DNA of 64,000 nt from Minisyncoccia bacterium (GCA_041738235.1 JBGSQF010000013.1:129583-193582), one strand, 5' to 3'. Numbered from the stretch's first letter, positions 19,318-29,796 are shown. Notes: a model not told the origin generated them from the letters alone. A program made the numbers and translations.

Positions 19318-20058
19318 ATGAAAAATATTCTCCTTATACAATTTCGGTCCGACGTATCATTTCTTCATGAAAGGATGTGTTTTTATTGCTCCTTGCTTCC
19401 TATAAAGAATATGCGATTGACCATCCTTAATGCACTTGATGAGAGTGTCTTATGGAAGAGACCCCAAGATCTGCTTTCTTCTTTTGATGGGGTTATTTTG
19501 GGTGGGTCAGGAGAGTTTCACTTTCCTGGACACAAGACCATCCAAGCGCAAAACTTGTATGATCGAGCAATACACAATGTACGCCCTCTTGTAGAGAGGA
19601 TCTTAGCTCATGATATTCCCACGTTAGGCATTTGTTTTGGCCACCAGCTCCTTTCTCATATCCTTGGAACAATAGTCGTGTACGATCCGAAGCAGGCAAA
19701 AAAAGCGGGGTCATATCGCGTATGTCTGACTAAAGAAGGGGGAAAAGATCCTATTTTTTCGGATATTCCTAAGAGATTTTTTGCACAGTATGCTCACCGG
19801 GATAGTCTTTCAGCTCTTCCCCAAGGATCAGTATTACTCGCAAAGAATGGGAAAAGATGTCAGACGAGCGCATTTCGATATAGAAATAACATATACGGAG
19901 TGCAGTTTCATCCTGAAATGACAGAAAAGGATTTCTTTTTTAGACTCAAAATAAGCTCTTCGGAGTACTATGGAAAAAAAGTAAAACTTTATCCAACGCG
20001 AGAGGCTCAAAGAGTGCTGATGAACTTTATTAAGAAAAAAGTCTTAAAAGAAGATTAG
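19318..20058 (+). CDS. Class I glutamine amidotransferase-like protein.
   Basis: It contains the GICFGHQ nucleophile elbow and an HPE motif. The start is set at MKNILLIQF (19318), whose ATG overlaps a TATAAT sequence. The track ORF carries a 112-codon non-protein-like extension upstream. Confidence 0.75.
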   Translation: MKNILLIQFRSDVSFLHERMCFYCSLLPIKNMRLTILNALDESVLWKRPQDLLSSFDGVILGGSGEFHFPGHKTIQAQNLYDRAIHNVRPLVERILAHDIPTLGICFGHQLLSHILGTIVVYDPKQAKKAGSYRVCLTKEGGKDPIFSDIPKRFFAQYAHRDSLSALPQGSVLLAKNGKRCQTSAFRYRNNIYGVQFHPEMTEKDFFFRLKISSSEYYGKKVKLYPTREAQRVLMNFIKKKVLKED

Positions 20059-20067
20059 AATGATCTT

Positions 20068-21000
20068 TTACAGAGGTGCCGAGGTAGCATCAGAAGTTTC
20101 ATTTTCCAGGGGGCTACCGATTTTGGGTTGTATCGGTTCTGGTTGAATTGCTTTAAAGGTCATAATGCCAGAGTCATTCTTCAAGTGAAAGAAGAGCTCC
20201 GTGTCGTTCTTGCTAAAGATGCTAGCATTAGAGATTGTCTGCACAAATTGTTGCTCTAAGGAATCTTCCGCACAAGACATTTTCGTAGAAATGATATTTG
20301 AAAAAGTAACTTGATCACTTGAGTTACCAAATACTTTATAGTCACCACTTAGGCGGTTACAATCTGTGGATGCAATAAATCGAGTGTTATTTACAAATAC
20401 CAGTGTAAATAAGCCGGGCTTTGGAGTGTATGAACTTCCATCGCTCATTTCTGTTCCAAACCACTCCCATGATGTTTCAAGGAGGGAATTGGAAGCTGAA
20501 ACAGTGGATGCGGTGTCTTTTTGTCGATGAAGTATCAACCCTTCCGATCCCCATACTGTAGGGTCGTAATCTGTCATTGTAAGAGTATCCTCTTCGTAAT
20601 TAAAATAGATCTCCTCACCTTCATCTGCGATAAAGGTCTCACCGTGGGCAGGTAGTGTCAGAACGATTTGTGAACCATCTGTTTCCCAAAGTCCTTCACG
20701 GATCACTGGACTGGCGTCATCCAAGGAATTTATAGATAAGGACGCTACAGGATTTTCTCCATTAGCGGAAAGCGTAAGTGTGACTACGCGACTAGGAGAA
20801 GTTGTCGAGGGAAATGTATCAGAAATATAAGTGCCCACAAAGTCGTCTGTTGTTTGCTCAGTCTTGTTTTTCTCCGTCGGAACAAGAGCTGTGCTGGGAC
20901 TAGTGGGTTTTGTGTTTTCACTAAATAGAAAAAGGAATACACCAGAAATCGCCAAAACCGCTATAATCCCGAGAGAGAGAAAGAACTTGCGCTGTATCAT
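20068..21000 (-). CDS. Secreted or membrane-anchored protein with META (HslJ-like, DUF306) domain(s).
   Basis: It has an N-terminal transmembrane or signal segment and a Ser/Thr-rich linker. The C-terminal META motif reads ASTDCNRLSGDY...TKMSCAED. Confidence 0.7.
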   Translation of the reverse strand: MIQRKFFLSLGIIAVLAISGVFLFLFSENTKPTSPSTALVPTEKNKTEQTTDDFVGTYISDTFPSTTSPSRVVTLTLSANGENPVASLSINSLDDASPVIREGLWETDGSQIVLTLPAHGETFIADEGEEIYFNYEEDTLTMTDYDPTVWGSEGLILHRQKDTASTVSASNSLLETSWEWFGTEMSDGSSYTPKPGLFTLVFVNNTRFIASTDCNRLSGDYKVFGNSSDQVTFSNIISTKMSCAEDSLEQQFVQTISNASIFSKNDTELFFHLKNDSGIMTFKAIQPEPIQPKIGSPLENETSDATSAPL

Positions 21001-21046
21001 ACATTTTGTATTAACTCAACTATTTTTTGATAAGAAAGGTCATATG

Positions 21047-21119
21047 AGCCGATGGCCGGAATCGAACCGGCGACCTACACGTTACGAGTGTGTTGCTCTA
21101 CCAGCTGAGCTACATCGGC
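21047..21119 (-). tRNA. tRNA-Thr (anticodon CGU).
   Basis: It folds manually as a cloverleaf. The acceptor stem is GCCGATG/CATCGGC, the D-arm is GCTC..GAGC, and the anticodon loop is CTCGTAA with U33 and A37. The T-arm is GCCGG-TTCGATT-CCGGC. The CCA end is not encoded. Confidence 0.8.
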
Positions 21120-21232
21120 GTATCTTACTCATGATAAGAAACGGGGCCTATACTGGTTTATTTTCTCATATCAGAGTATACTTATACTAACAGGTTGGTC
21201 AAGTTTAGGCAATCAATCGTTCTCCCAAGAAC

Positions 21233-21261
21233 TTGACTACAAAAGGAAAAAGTGTTACAAT
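21233..21261 (+). promoter_or_regulatory. Sigma70-like promoter upstream of rnpB.
   Basis: A TTGACT -35 element and a TACAAT -10 element are separated by 17 bp. The promoter lies about 25 bp upstream of the start of the P1 helix. Confidence 0.5.
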
Positions 21262-21282
21262 AACACGGTTGCCTATTTTTTC

Positions 21283-21658
21283 AAGGTGGGGGAGACGATC
21301 GCTTCAAGAAATGTCTTGGAGAGGAAAGTCCGGACACTTAACTACTGTCAAGTAGTAGTAACAGTAGCGGGCAATTCCCGCACGCCGCAAGGCGCGAGGT
21401 GCGAGCAGAGACGTCTCTTTTTGTAAAAAAAGAGACACCTCCAATAGAATGAGAAATATCATCTATTGTTTCGAGGTGAGCTTGCTGAGTGATCGGCAAG
21501 GTGAAACGGCTAAATCCTTACTGGAGTGCAAGGTCGAGTCCCAAGCAACAAGCTTAGGAAGTACCGCAAAGATCGTATTGGCAACAATACGACAAGATAA
21601 ATGATCGTTAGGAAGGTATAAAGCTTTCTGATACAGAATCCGGCTTATCGCCCACCTT
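21283..21658 (+). ncRNA. rnpB: RNase P RNA, bacterial type A.
   Basis: The P4 halves GAGGAAAGTCCGGAC and ACAGAATCCGGCTTA are present. A GGTGAAACGGC motif is present. The P1 helix pairs AAGGTGGG at the 5' end with CCCACCTT at the 3' end. Confidence 0.85.
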
Positions 21659-21736
21659 GAAAAAGTATGCAATTAGAAAAGGAAGATTGTTTTTGTATCA
21701 AGACTCGTGTTTACCACCCATAATTTCTAGAGAAGT

Positions 21737-23161
21737 ATGAAACTTAAACGTTCGGAACTCTTCTTTAGTGGCATTCAACTTCCTGTCGATGCGATAATGC
21801 TCTATCTGGGTGCAATTACCGCTTTTTGGATCCGAAATATACCGGAGGTTTTGAAATACAAGCAAATCCTATATACTTTTTCTTTTTCCGATTACGTAAA
21901 GATTGTTCTTTTGGTTATACCGCTGTTTTTGTGTATCTTTGCTTTAGAGGGGCTATACTCTACACGTGTAACAAGAAAACCTTGGCAAGAAACGATACAG
22001 GTCTTCAAGGCGATCAGTATTGGTTTGGTGATCCTTATTGTGGCGATATTTCTTAAGCGTGAGTGGTTCTCTTCGCGTTTCATTATTTTGGCTGCCTGGG
22101 GATTGGCGTTTGTGTATATCTCGACTATTCGATATCTTCTCCACGGATTTCAGCGGTATTTAGTAGCTAAGCGAGGTATTGGCGTACACCGTGTACTACT
22201 TATTAATGGCAGCAAAAAAACAAAGTTTTTTCAACGTTTATTTCAAGAAAAAAGAATGTTGGGATATCGTGTTGTCGACACTGTATCGGATGCAAATCTC
22301 CATGTTATTAAAGACATCCGAAAGAAAAAGGGTATCGATGAGATCATCTTATGTGACCCAACTATCCCCGATGATCAGCAAGAGAAACTTATCGACTACT
22401 GTTCCATTCATAATATTGGGTATAGTTACGTACCTACTTCACTTCAGACGGCCAAATTTTCTATACGCTTCCTTGGTGGAGAACCTTTGTTCGAGATAAC
22501 CCATACGCCTTTGGATGGATGGAACCGAATACTTAAACGAACCTTTGATATTATCGCCTCATCAATACTGATCGTTCTTTTTTCGCCCATCATTCTCATT
22601 ACTGCAATAGCCATTCGTCTTGAAAGCAAGGGGCCGGTTATTTTTAAAAACGAACGCATTGGAGCGGATGGCAAAAAATTCAAACTACTCAAGTTTCGAT
22701 ATATGAAATGGGAGCATAGTACAAGCCAGGAGAATCCAAATTGGAAAAAGGCATTAGAATACGAAAAACAGCTCATCATAGAACGAAGTTTACGTAAAGG
22801 TCCTCTTTATAAGATCAAGGATGATCCTAGAAAAACAAGGGTTGGAGCATTCATTGAGCGCTATTCAATCGATGAACTTCCTCAACTCTTTAACGTTTTT
22901 ATGGGTTCTATGAGCTTGGTGGGGCCACGTCCACATCAGGAGCGTGAGGTCAATAAGTATCGAGAATATCATCGGCGCTTACTGACCATAAAGCCAGGAG
23001 TGACTGGAATGGCACAAATATCGGGTCGAAGCGACCTTGATTTTGAAGATGAATACAAGTTAGACGTGTTCTACATTGAAGAGTGGTCTTTATGGCTTGA
23101 TATCTCCATCTGTCTCAAGACCGTACCAGCACTGTTGAGAAGGAGAAAAAATACTGCATAA
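21737..23161 (+). CDS. Undecaprenyl-phosphate sugar phosphotransferase (WbaP/EpsB-like bacterial sugar transferase).
   Basis: It has N-terminal transmembrane helices. The C-terminal domain contains KRTFDII...LESKGPVIF...DELPQL...SLVGPRP. Confidence 0.9.
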   Translation: MKLKRSELFFSGIQLPVDAIMLYLGAITAFWIRNIPEVLKYKQILYTFSFSDYVKIVLLVIPLFLCIFALEGLYSTRVTRKPWQETIQVFKAISIGLVILIVAIFLKREWFSSRFIILAAWGLAFVYISTIRYLLHGFQRYLVAKRGIGVHRVLLINGSKKTKFFQRLFQEKRMLGYRVVDTVSDANLHVIKDIRKKKGIDEIILCDPTIPDDQQEKLIDYCSIHNIGYSYVPTSLQTAKFSIRFLGGEPLFEITHTPLDGWNRILKRTFDIIASSILIVLFSPIILITAIAIRLESKGPVIFKNERIGADGKKFKLLKFRYMKWEHSTSQENPNWKKALEYEKQLIIERSLRKGPLYKIKDDPRKTRVGAFIERYSIDELPQLFNVFMGSMSLVGPRPHQEREVNKYREYHRRLLTIKPGVTGMAQISGRSDLDFEDEYKLDVFYIEEWSLWLDISICLKTVPALLRRRKNTA

Positions 23162-23223
23162 ATCGTGTTATTGAAGAATTTTCAACACAATATAGTAAAT
23201 ATTTTATACTAAATACCATATCT

Positions 23224-25008
23224 ATGCTGCGAACAAACACCTGCGGAGAACTGACAGAGGGACATATTGGTAGAACGGTAACGCTTTGCGGGTGGGTTCA
23301 TCGTCGTCGTGATCATGGCGGGATCGTATTCATTGATCTCCGAGATCGCTATGGTATAACACAAATCACACTTCATCCTGACACTTGTTCCGATTTTTGG
23401 AAGGATGTTGAGGTGCTTCGGAGTGAGTGGGTGATCGCGGTTACGGGAGAGGTGTCAGCTCGCCCCAAAGAGATGATCAACGAGAAATTGGAAACAGGAC
23501 ATATCGAGATCTCTGTACGATCTTTAGAAGTGCTTGGGAAGTCAAAGACTTTACCATTTGAGATCGATGAAGATAAGCCTGTTGAGGCCAACGAAAATCT
23601 TCGTCTTCACTATCGCTTCCTTGATCTTCGTCGTTCCAGGCTTCAGCACATATTGCAACTCAAAGATCGCTATATTCAGCACATGCGAAACTATTTTCAC
23701 GCATTGGGTTTCATAGAGATCCAAACACCGATCTTGGCAAACTCTTCCCCAGAGGGAGCTCGTGACTTTATTATTCCCTCGCGACTTCATCCGGGAAAGT
23801 TTTATGCATTACCACAGGCACCACAACAATTCAAACAACTTCTCATGGTGGGTGGTGTAGATCGATATTTTCAGATCGCACCATGCTTTCGAGACGAGGA
23901 CCCGAGAATGGATCGTCACTACGGAGAGTTTTATCAGTTGGACATGGAGATGAGCTTTGTTTCACAAGAGGATATATTTGAAGTGATGGAGCCTCTTATG
24001 AAAGAACTTACTGAAAAATTTTCCAACAAAAAGATCATAAACCTCTTGGAAAATGGAAGGTTTCGGCAGATCCCATGGCGAGAAGCGATGACACGATACG
24101 GATCTGACAAACCGGATATTCGTTTTGATATGGAGATTGTTCCTGTGAGCGACCTGGTAGGAGATTGTGGCTTCTCTGTTTTTTCAAATGTTATAGAGAG
24201 GGGCGGGGTAGTACATATGCTTAAAGTTGATGGTGGAGCACGATTCACACGCAGAGAGATCGATGAGCTGACAGAAATAGCCAAAGAAAAAGGCGCCAAA
24301 GGATTAGCCTATATTATTGTTCAAGAAGATGGATCATTACAATCTCCGATCGTAAAATTTTTAGGTGATGAACTTGCTCGAATGCTTGTGGAAAAAGTTG
24401 ATGCTAGGGGAGGGGACATTCTGTTCTTTGGAGCAGATGAGTGGAAAACTGTCTGTACGAGTCTTGGGGCAGTACGCAATGAATGTGGGTCTCGGTTGGG
24501 ACTTAAGGACAATGCAAAAGCGGCATGGTGCTGGATCATCGATTTCCCTATGTATTCCCATTCTGAAATTGAACCGGGAAAGATCGACTTTGATCATAAT
24601 CCTTTCTCTATGCCTCAAGGAGGGCTCAAAGCCCTTCAAGAAAAGGATCCGCTCGAGATCCTTGCTTACCAGTATGATCTGGTACTCAACGGATTTGAAG
24701 CTTCTAGCGGCGCGATCCGAAACCACGACCCGGAGATCATGTATACCGCTTTTGGTATTGCAGGGTATACTCGAGAAGAGGTGGATCAACGTTTTGGAGG
24801 ACTCATTCGTGCGTTCGAATATGGTACCCCTCCGCATGGAGGGAATGCGCCCGGTATCGATCGTATTCTGATGGTGTTACAAGACCTGGATTCTATTCGT
24901 GACATTTATGCCTTTCCCAAAGACGGTAAAGGAAAGGATCTTATGATGAACAGCCCATGTGAGATCGATGCCAAGCAATTGAAAGACGCAAACATTCGAC
25001 TCGTCTAA
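23224..25008 (+). CDS. aspS: Aspartyl-tRNA synthetase.
   Basis: A 594-aa protein with an N-terminal OB anticodon-binding domain and class II motifs (FRDED, GGGAPGIDR-like GGNAPGIDR). Confidence 0.95.
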   Translation: MLRTNTCGELTEGHIGRTVTLCGWVHRRRDHGGIVFIDLRDRYGITQITLHPDTCSDFWKDVEVLRSEWVIAVTGEVSARPKEMINEKLETGHIEISVRSLEVLGKSKTLPFEIDEDKPVEANENLRLHYRFLDLRRSRLQHILQLKDRYIQHMRNYFHALGFIEIQTPILANSSPEGARDFIIPSRLHPGKFYALPQAPQQFKQLLMVGGVDRYFQIAPCFRDEDPRMDRHYGEFYQLDMEMSFVSQEDIFEVMEPLMKELTEKFSNKKIINLLENGRFRQIPWREAMTRYGSDKPDIRFDMEIVPVSDLVGDCGFSVFSNVIERGGVVHMLKVDGGARFTRREIDELTEIAKEKGAKGLAYIIVQEDGSLQSPIVKFLGDELARMLVEKVDARGGDILFFGADEWKTVCTSLGAVRNECGSRLGLKDNAKAAWCWIIDFPMYSHSEIEPGKIDFDHNPFSMPQGGLKALQEKDPLEILAYQYDLVLNGFEASSGAIRNHDPEIMYTAFGIAGYTREEVDQRFGGLIRAFEYGTPPHGGNAPGIDRILMVLQDLDSIRDIYAFPKDGKGKDLMMNSPCEIDAKQLKDANIRLV

Positions 25009-25014
25009 ATATTT

Positions 25015-25848
25015 ATGAAAAACAAAACTCTCATCGGAATCTCTTCTGTTTTGGTTTTGTGTTTTGGAGCGCTATTTCTATTTCTTGCGACCCAAAGACC
25101 TGCCCACGATCGCGATTGGGAGCTTGGACAAGAGAAACTTCCCCAGATACTCTTTGAAGGGAATCAAATAACCATCACAAATCTGCGAGATTTCCATTGG
25201 ATAGGACCATTTGAAGCTGTACCTCACTACATTACGGAGACCTATGCCCTCGACACGATGGAGACGGCAGATGTGGTCATTTCTCATTTTGATAGTTTTG
25301 AGGGGTTAGCTCATATCTTTTTAAGTTTTGGGTTCTCCGATGGAAGACACGTGAGTGTTTCTATTGAGACGCGACGGGAGAAGGGGGAGGAATTTTCTCC
25401 ACTACTTGGTCTAATGCGTCAGTTCGAGATCATTTATGTCGTTGGAACGGATAGTGACCTTCTGGGTGTTCGGACAGGTCCGAGGGGTGAGCGTGTCTAC
25501 ATCTATCCCACTGTGGCTTCTCCGGAACAGACTCGAGAGCTTTTTAAAAAGATAGCGCGTGATGTAAACGACATTTCCCAAAGTCCGACCTTTTACAACA
25601 CGCTCACAAATAATTGCACTAACCGAGTCACTCGACGAGTGGAAGAGATGAGTAGCCTTAAATTCCCCTCTACCTATAAAACGATCCTCCCTGGATACTT
25701 TGATGAAGTCCTTTACAATATGGATCTTATTGATCGTAGAGGATCGTTCCAAGAAACTAAAAATAAGGCCTTCATTGACAACAGTACTGCGGAGCCCAAT
25801 GACCCGGAATATGCGACAAAGATCCGATCTGCTCATAGTTCTCAATAA
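25015..25848 (+). CDS. DUF4105-like exported protein.
   Basis: It has an N-terminal transmembrane or signal segment. The motif YNTLTNNCTN is recalled as characteristic of DUF4105. Confidence 0.5.
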   Translation: MKNKTLIGISSVLVLCFGALFLFLATQRPAHDRDWELGQEKLPQILFEGNQITITNLRDFHWIGPFEAVPHYITETYALDTMETADVVISHFDSFEGLAHIFLSFGFSDGRHVSVSIETRREKGEEFSPLLGLMRQFEIIYVVGTDSDLLGVRTGPRGERVYIYPTVASPEQTRELFKKIARDVNDISQSPTFYNTLTNNCTNRVTRRVEEMSSLKFPSTYKTILPGYFDEVLYNMDLIDRRGSFQETKNKAFIDNSTAEPNDPEYATKIRSAHSSQ

Positions 25849-25865
25849 GAAGTTTTCTTATTTTC

Positions 25866-26777
25866 TTATCGGAGCAGCTGCGAGTAGTGTTCTCGTAGTT
25901 TTTTGAGTTTTGGATTGATAATAACCTGACAATAGCCCTGACTGGGATTTTTTGCATAATAATCCTGATGGTATTCTTCGGCTGGAAAGAACTGCACGAG
26001 CGGGAGTACCTCTGTGATGATGGGTGCACTAAAGATCTTTTCTTGACTAATCTTCAATATGAATTTTTCAGCCTCTTCTTTTTGGGCCCAGGTGGAGTAA
26101 AAGACAGCTGATCGATATTGCGTGCCAACGTCATTGCCCTGCCTATCAGGGGTTGTGGGGTCATGAACGGCAAAGAATACAGTCAGTATATCGCTAAAGG
26201 AGACTTTTCTTGGGTCATAAGTGATGCGTACGACTTCAGCATGATGGGTATTTCCAGTGCATACCTTTTCATAGGTTGGGTTTGGAGAGGTTCCCCCTGC
26301 ATAACCTACTTCCGTCTTTAACACTCCTTCTATCATTCGATAAGAGGCATCTAGACACCAAAAGCACCCCCCACCAAGAACGATGTTCTGATCTTCTTTC
26401 GAGGTTTGTTCTCTTGGAATGAATCGCATCGAAAGGGAGTTCACACAGTGTCGAGTATTTTTTTCTGTGAGTTGTTCGCCGAGAAAGACATGTCCAAGAT
26501 GTGCTCCGCAAGATGCACATGTTATTTCAATCCTCTGACCGTCGGCGTCAGTTGTTTTCTGTATGGCCTCAGGGATCTCATCGTCAAAAGCGGGCCAGCC
26601 ACAATGTGCATCAAATTTATCCTTGGAGTCATAAAGGGGTGCGTTACAGTGTCGACAGAGGTACACGCCATCACGGGTGAAATGTTCGTATTCCCCAGTC
26701 CCAGGTGCCTCAGTTCCCTTGTGTAAAATTACACGTTCTTCTTCGGACGTAAGTGTATTAAGTATTCTTTTTTGCAT
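25866..26777 (-). CDS. msrBA: Bifunctional peptide methionine sulfoxide reductase, MsrB-MsrA fusion.
   Basis: The N-terminal SelR/MsrB domain has CxxC...CxxC zinc ligands and HLGHVF. The C-terminal MsrA domain has GGGCFWC. The start is trimmed to MQKRIL. Confidence 0.9.
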   Translation of the reverse strand: MQKRILNTLTSEEERVILHKGTEAPGTGEYEHFTRDGVYLCRHCNAPLYDSKDKFDAHCGWPAFDDEIPEAIQKTTDADGQRIEITCASCGAHLGHVFLGEQLTEKNTRHCVNSLSMRFIPREQTSKEDQNIVLGGGCFWCLDASYRMIEGVLKTEVGYAGGTSPNPTYEKVCTGNTHHAEVVRITYDPRKVSFSDILTVFFAVHDPTTPDRQGNDVGTQYRSAVFYSTWAQKEEAEKFILKISQEKIFSAPIITEVLPLVQFFPAEEYHQDYYAKNPSQGYCQVIINPKLKKLREHYSQLLR

Positions 26778-26845
26778 AGATCTTTTCAAAAAAATAAAAA
26801 CACTCCACAAGAGAGTGTCCATATTTGTACAAACACAGGTTGAAT

Positions 26846-27133
26846 TTATTTCTTCTCTTCAGGAATCACTGAAACAAACTGTCGCGTAACAAGTTTCCCA
26901 GTAAAGCTTGTAACTTTCTTTTTCAGAAACTTTACAATACCGGGAGTTTTTGCATAAAGCGTATCGTCTTCACCGCGCAAAACGTTCTTTCCAGGATGAA
27001 ATTTTGTTCCACGTTGACGCACGATGATAGCGCCAGAATTTGCTGGTTGTCCACCGTAGATCTTGACCCCCAATCGCTTAGATATGGAATCTCTTCCGAG
27101 TCGCGTTGATCCACCCGCCTTCTTTGTTGACAT
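26846..27133 (-). CDS. rpmA: Ribosomal protein L27.
   Basis: It contains [10 protein letters not shown]...[13 protein letters not shown]. No rplU lies adjacent. Confidence 0.9.
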   Translation of the reverse strand: MSTKKAGGSTRLGRDSISKRLGVKIYGGQPANSGAIIVRQRGTKFHPGKNVLRGEDDTLYAKTPGIVKFLKKKVTSFTGKLVTRQFVSVIPEEKK

Positions 27134-27210
27134 AGTTGCGAAAATTATAAAGTAAAGATATACTTCCTTTAACTAAAGCAGTAGGGGAAATATATCAAAT
27201 AAAGGCATTT

Positions 27211-27654
27211 ATGTCAATATTGACTGACTGGAAAAGGAAGGCCGTGCTTTTTTTGAAGAGAAATGAAAGAATTTTCGTTTTTGCTTTCTCTTTAGTGATT
27301 GCCTGCGGACTTTCTTTTGAGCTGGGAATGCTTTATAAAGGGCAGGTAAAAGACCAGGTGCTTGTCATAGAAAAGCCAACTGTCTCTTTGGCTCAGATAA
27401 AAAAAGAGGTGGGTATTCCGGAAGGGAAAATTGTTGCAATGGCACAAGCTGAAGCGGCGATAGCACCCAAGCAAGAGGCTGATCAGTCACAAAACATACA
27501 AACCAGTTGCACTTTTGTGGGAAGCAAAAATTCAGATAAATATCACTCACCATCATGCAGTTACGCCAAACGCATAAAACCGGAGAATGTCGTGTGCTTT
27601 AAAAATAAAGAAGAAGCTGAGGGGAGGGGATACACGGCGGGATGTATACAATAG
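27211..27654 (+). CDS. Membrane-anchored protein with a C-terminal Ada-like zinc-binding domain.
   Basis: It has an N-terminal transmembrane helix. The C-terminal motif KYHSPSCSYAKRIKPENVVCFKNKEEAEGRGYTAGC matches the Ada_Zn_binding pattern (YHxPxC...PENxVxF...EAxxxGYxxC). Confidence 0.5.
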   Translation: MSILTDWKRKAVLFLKRNERIFVFAFSLVIACGLSFELGMLYKGQVKDQVLVIEKPTVSLAQIKKEVGIPEGKIVAMAQAEAAIAPKQEADQSQNIQTSCTFVGSKNSDKYHSPSCSYAKRIKPENVVCFKNKEEAEGRGYTAGCIQ

Positions 27655-27691
27655 ACAAGGTCTTGAAATTATAAATTTAAAATCTACTCTT

Positions 27692-28390
27692 ATGCAAAAG
27701 ATGTGCATCTTGTCCCTAGGTGGATCACTTATTGTTCCAGAAGATATTGATGCGGTATACTTAAGAGCCTTACGAGAAACCATTGAAAAAGAGATCCAAA
27801 ATGGTTGGAAATTTGTTATTATTACTGGGGGCGGGAAGATCTGTCGTAAGTATATCGCTTCAGCTGCGGAGGCTCACGGCGGTGTCACCGATGAAGATAA
27901 AGACTGGCTTGGTATCCATGTGACTCGCTTGAACGCTCAACTTGTCCGAACCATTTTTCGTGATATCGCACATCCTCGTGTTAATACGAACCCTCACGAT
28001 CTTGAAGATTTCTACGATTTTAAAGAATCGGTACTTATAGCTGCGGGATGGCGTCCAGGGTTTTCGACTGATTATGCTGCGGTTATTTTGGCCAAATATC
28101 TTGATATTGAAAAGATCGTGAATTTTACGAATATTGACTATGTCTATACCGAGGATCCAAAAATGAATCCGCATGCTGAAAAGATAGAAAATATTTCCTG
28201 GACTGACTTTCGAAAGATCGTTGGGGATGAGTGGAGCCCTGGTCTTAATGCTCCTTTTGATCCCATTGCTTCTAAACTTGCGCAAGAGGCAGGACTTGAG
28301 GTAGCCATTCTCAATGGAAAAAATCTTAAAAACTTCCAGGACTATTTGGAAGAAAAATCCTATATTGGAACGAAGATCTCGGGGAAATGA
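27692..28390 (+). CDS. pyrH: UMP kinase (archaeal/eukaryotic-like amino-acid-kinase fold).
   Basis: It contains MCILSLGGSLIV and ITGGGKICRKY. It ends with TGA. Confidence 0.85.
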   Translation: MQKMCILSLGGSLIVPEDIDAVYLRALRETIEKEIQNGWKFVIITGGGKICRKYIASAAEAHGGVTDEDKDWLGIHVTRLNAQLVRTIFRDIAHPRVNTNPHDLEDFYDFKESVLIAAGWRPGFSTDYAAVILAKYLDIEKIVNFTNIDYVYTEDPKMNPHAEKIENISWTDFRKIVGDEWSPGLNAPFDPIASKLAQEAGLEVAILNGKNLKNFQDYLEEKSYIGTKISGK

Positions 28391-28528
28391 GATCCGCTCT
28401 TCTCTGAAAGGTCAGCAAATAGAAACCTTACTCCTCAAAAAGAAAAACTCAGACCAGAACGTATTGCTTTCGAACAACGGCATTCATTGCTCGTAAAAAC
28501 AAAAGGGTGAATGATCGATCATCCAAGG

Positions 28529-29665
28529 TCACTGTTTTTTCACTGTTAGGCTTTTAGTTTCTTTGTCTATTTTTTTCGTGGTGTCTAATTCTTTTTTTAG
28601 CGAGAAGGGGAGTTCACCAGAAACTTTTTTAAGGGCTACACCATCGATCTTGATCACTCGATCAAACAATCCTTTTGGCTCAAGTAAACGACGAACAGAA
28701 GCGATATCGTACGTATACGTTGTGCGTACAGCTCGTTCAATAATCTTTGTTTCACCAAATATTCGTTCTATGCCTTCTTGATTCATACAGTCAGTTATAA
28801 CACCTTGTAACTCTCCGAGGCGTCTTCGATCCGTTGTAGCACGCTCTTTTATTTCCAGATATTCGGCGATCGCCTTCTGGACATCTTCAGTTTCAAGTTT
28901 GCGTTCATCCTTAAATTTATGTCGCCACATTGGGCAGATCTTTTGGAACCCACAGTAGTCACAAAGAGGGGAGACACGCGGATCAAATTTCTGTGCTTCG
29001 ATATCGTGTATTACTTCCAGAAATTTATCATCTAGTTCTTTTAAGTCTTCTTTGGTTCTTAAGGAAGTAAGTTTGACGCCGTGTCGAAGAAAATAAAGGC
29101 TTACAGAAATGTTTTGGAGATCATTCTCCTCTTTTGGATAGCGTTTAAGAAAGGCTCTCATATAGACCGAAAGTTGTATATTATCATCTACGTCTTTTTG
29201 AGAAGGCATCTTCCTTCCAGTTTTGTAGTCCACAATCTCATAGCCCGCATCTGTTTTGTCAATACGGTCGATGATACCAGATATAATATGGACCTCCTTT
29301 GACCTTGGGTCCTCTAGTTCTATAGCAAATCGAGTCTCGAGTCCCACAATGATGATCGAGGCGGGGTCATTGTTCTTGTAATACCTTTGAATGATCTCGA
29401 CCCCCTGAGTGAATGCTGTGCGCTCATCAACTTCTTCGATAAAAAGGGGAGCAATCTCATTGAATTTTTTTGCGAAGAAGTCAAGTGTCTGCTCAAGCGT
29501 TGGTTGGGAAAATCCCGGAGCGTGAACATATTCTAGTACACTATGAAGCAATGTCCCAAAAGCGGCTTCGCGGGATTTTGGTTCCTTGAGCTTATCAATT
29601 TCTTTGTATTTATATTTGAGCGGACAATTCTTGTACGACTCGAAGGATGAGTAGGAAAGACGCAT
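28529..29665 (-). CDS. PD-(D/E)XK superfamily nuclease, Cas4/RecB-like, with a C-terminal Cys cluster.
   Basis: The D...E.K core is IDRIDK...YEIVDYKTG, and it has a QxxxY-like segment. The C-terminal CDYCGFQKICP resembles the Cas4/AddB iron-sulfur cysteine cluster. Neither flank carries a cas gene or a helicase. Confidence 0.7.
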   Translation of the reverse strand: MRLSYSSFESYKNCPLKYKYKEIDKLKEPKSREAAFGTLLHSVLEYVHAPGFSQPTLEQTLDFFAKKFNEIAPLFIEEVDERTAFTQGVEIIQRYYKNNDPASIIIVGLETRFAIELEDPRSKEVHIISGIIDRIDKTDAGYEIVDYKTGRKMPSQKDVDDNIQLSVYMRAFLKRYPKEENDLQNISVSLYFLRHGVKLTSLRTKEDLKELDDKFLEVIHDIEAQKFDPRVSPLCDYCGFQKICPMWRHKFKDERKLETEDVQKAIAEYLEIKERATTDRRRLGELQGVITDCMNQEGIERIFGETKIIERAVRTTYTYDIASVRRLLEPKGLFDRVIKIDGVALKKVSGELPFSLKKELDTTKKIDKETKSLTVKKQ

Positions 29666-29761
29666 ACAAAAAATTATAGGTTATGTTTTGCTGGACTTTA
29701 AGAAGGAGTTACTCTGTATACGGTAGCATTTCTTTTATTAGAAGCAACTTTTTTGAAATAT

Positions 29762-29796
29762 ATAATGTCGCACAATGTATATTTTACGACATTATA
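29762..29796. promoter_or_regulatory. Perfect 9-bp inverted repeat (ATAATGTCG-N17-CGACATTAT) in the promoter region of the PD-(D/E)XK nuclease gene.
   Basis: I read it directly from the sequence at 29762..29770 and 29788..29796, about 100 bp upstream of the nuclease start codon in an AT-rich region. Confidence 0.45.

Noticed and set aside
21463-21672. A 69-aa ORF.
   Set aside because: It lies inside the RNase P RNA gene.
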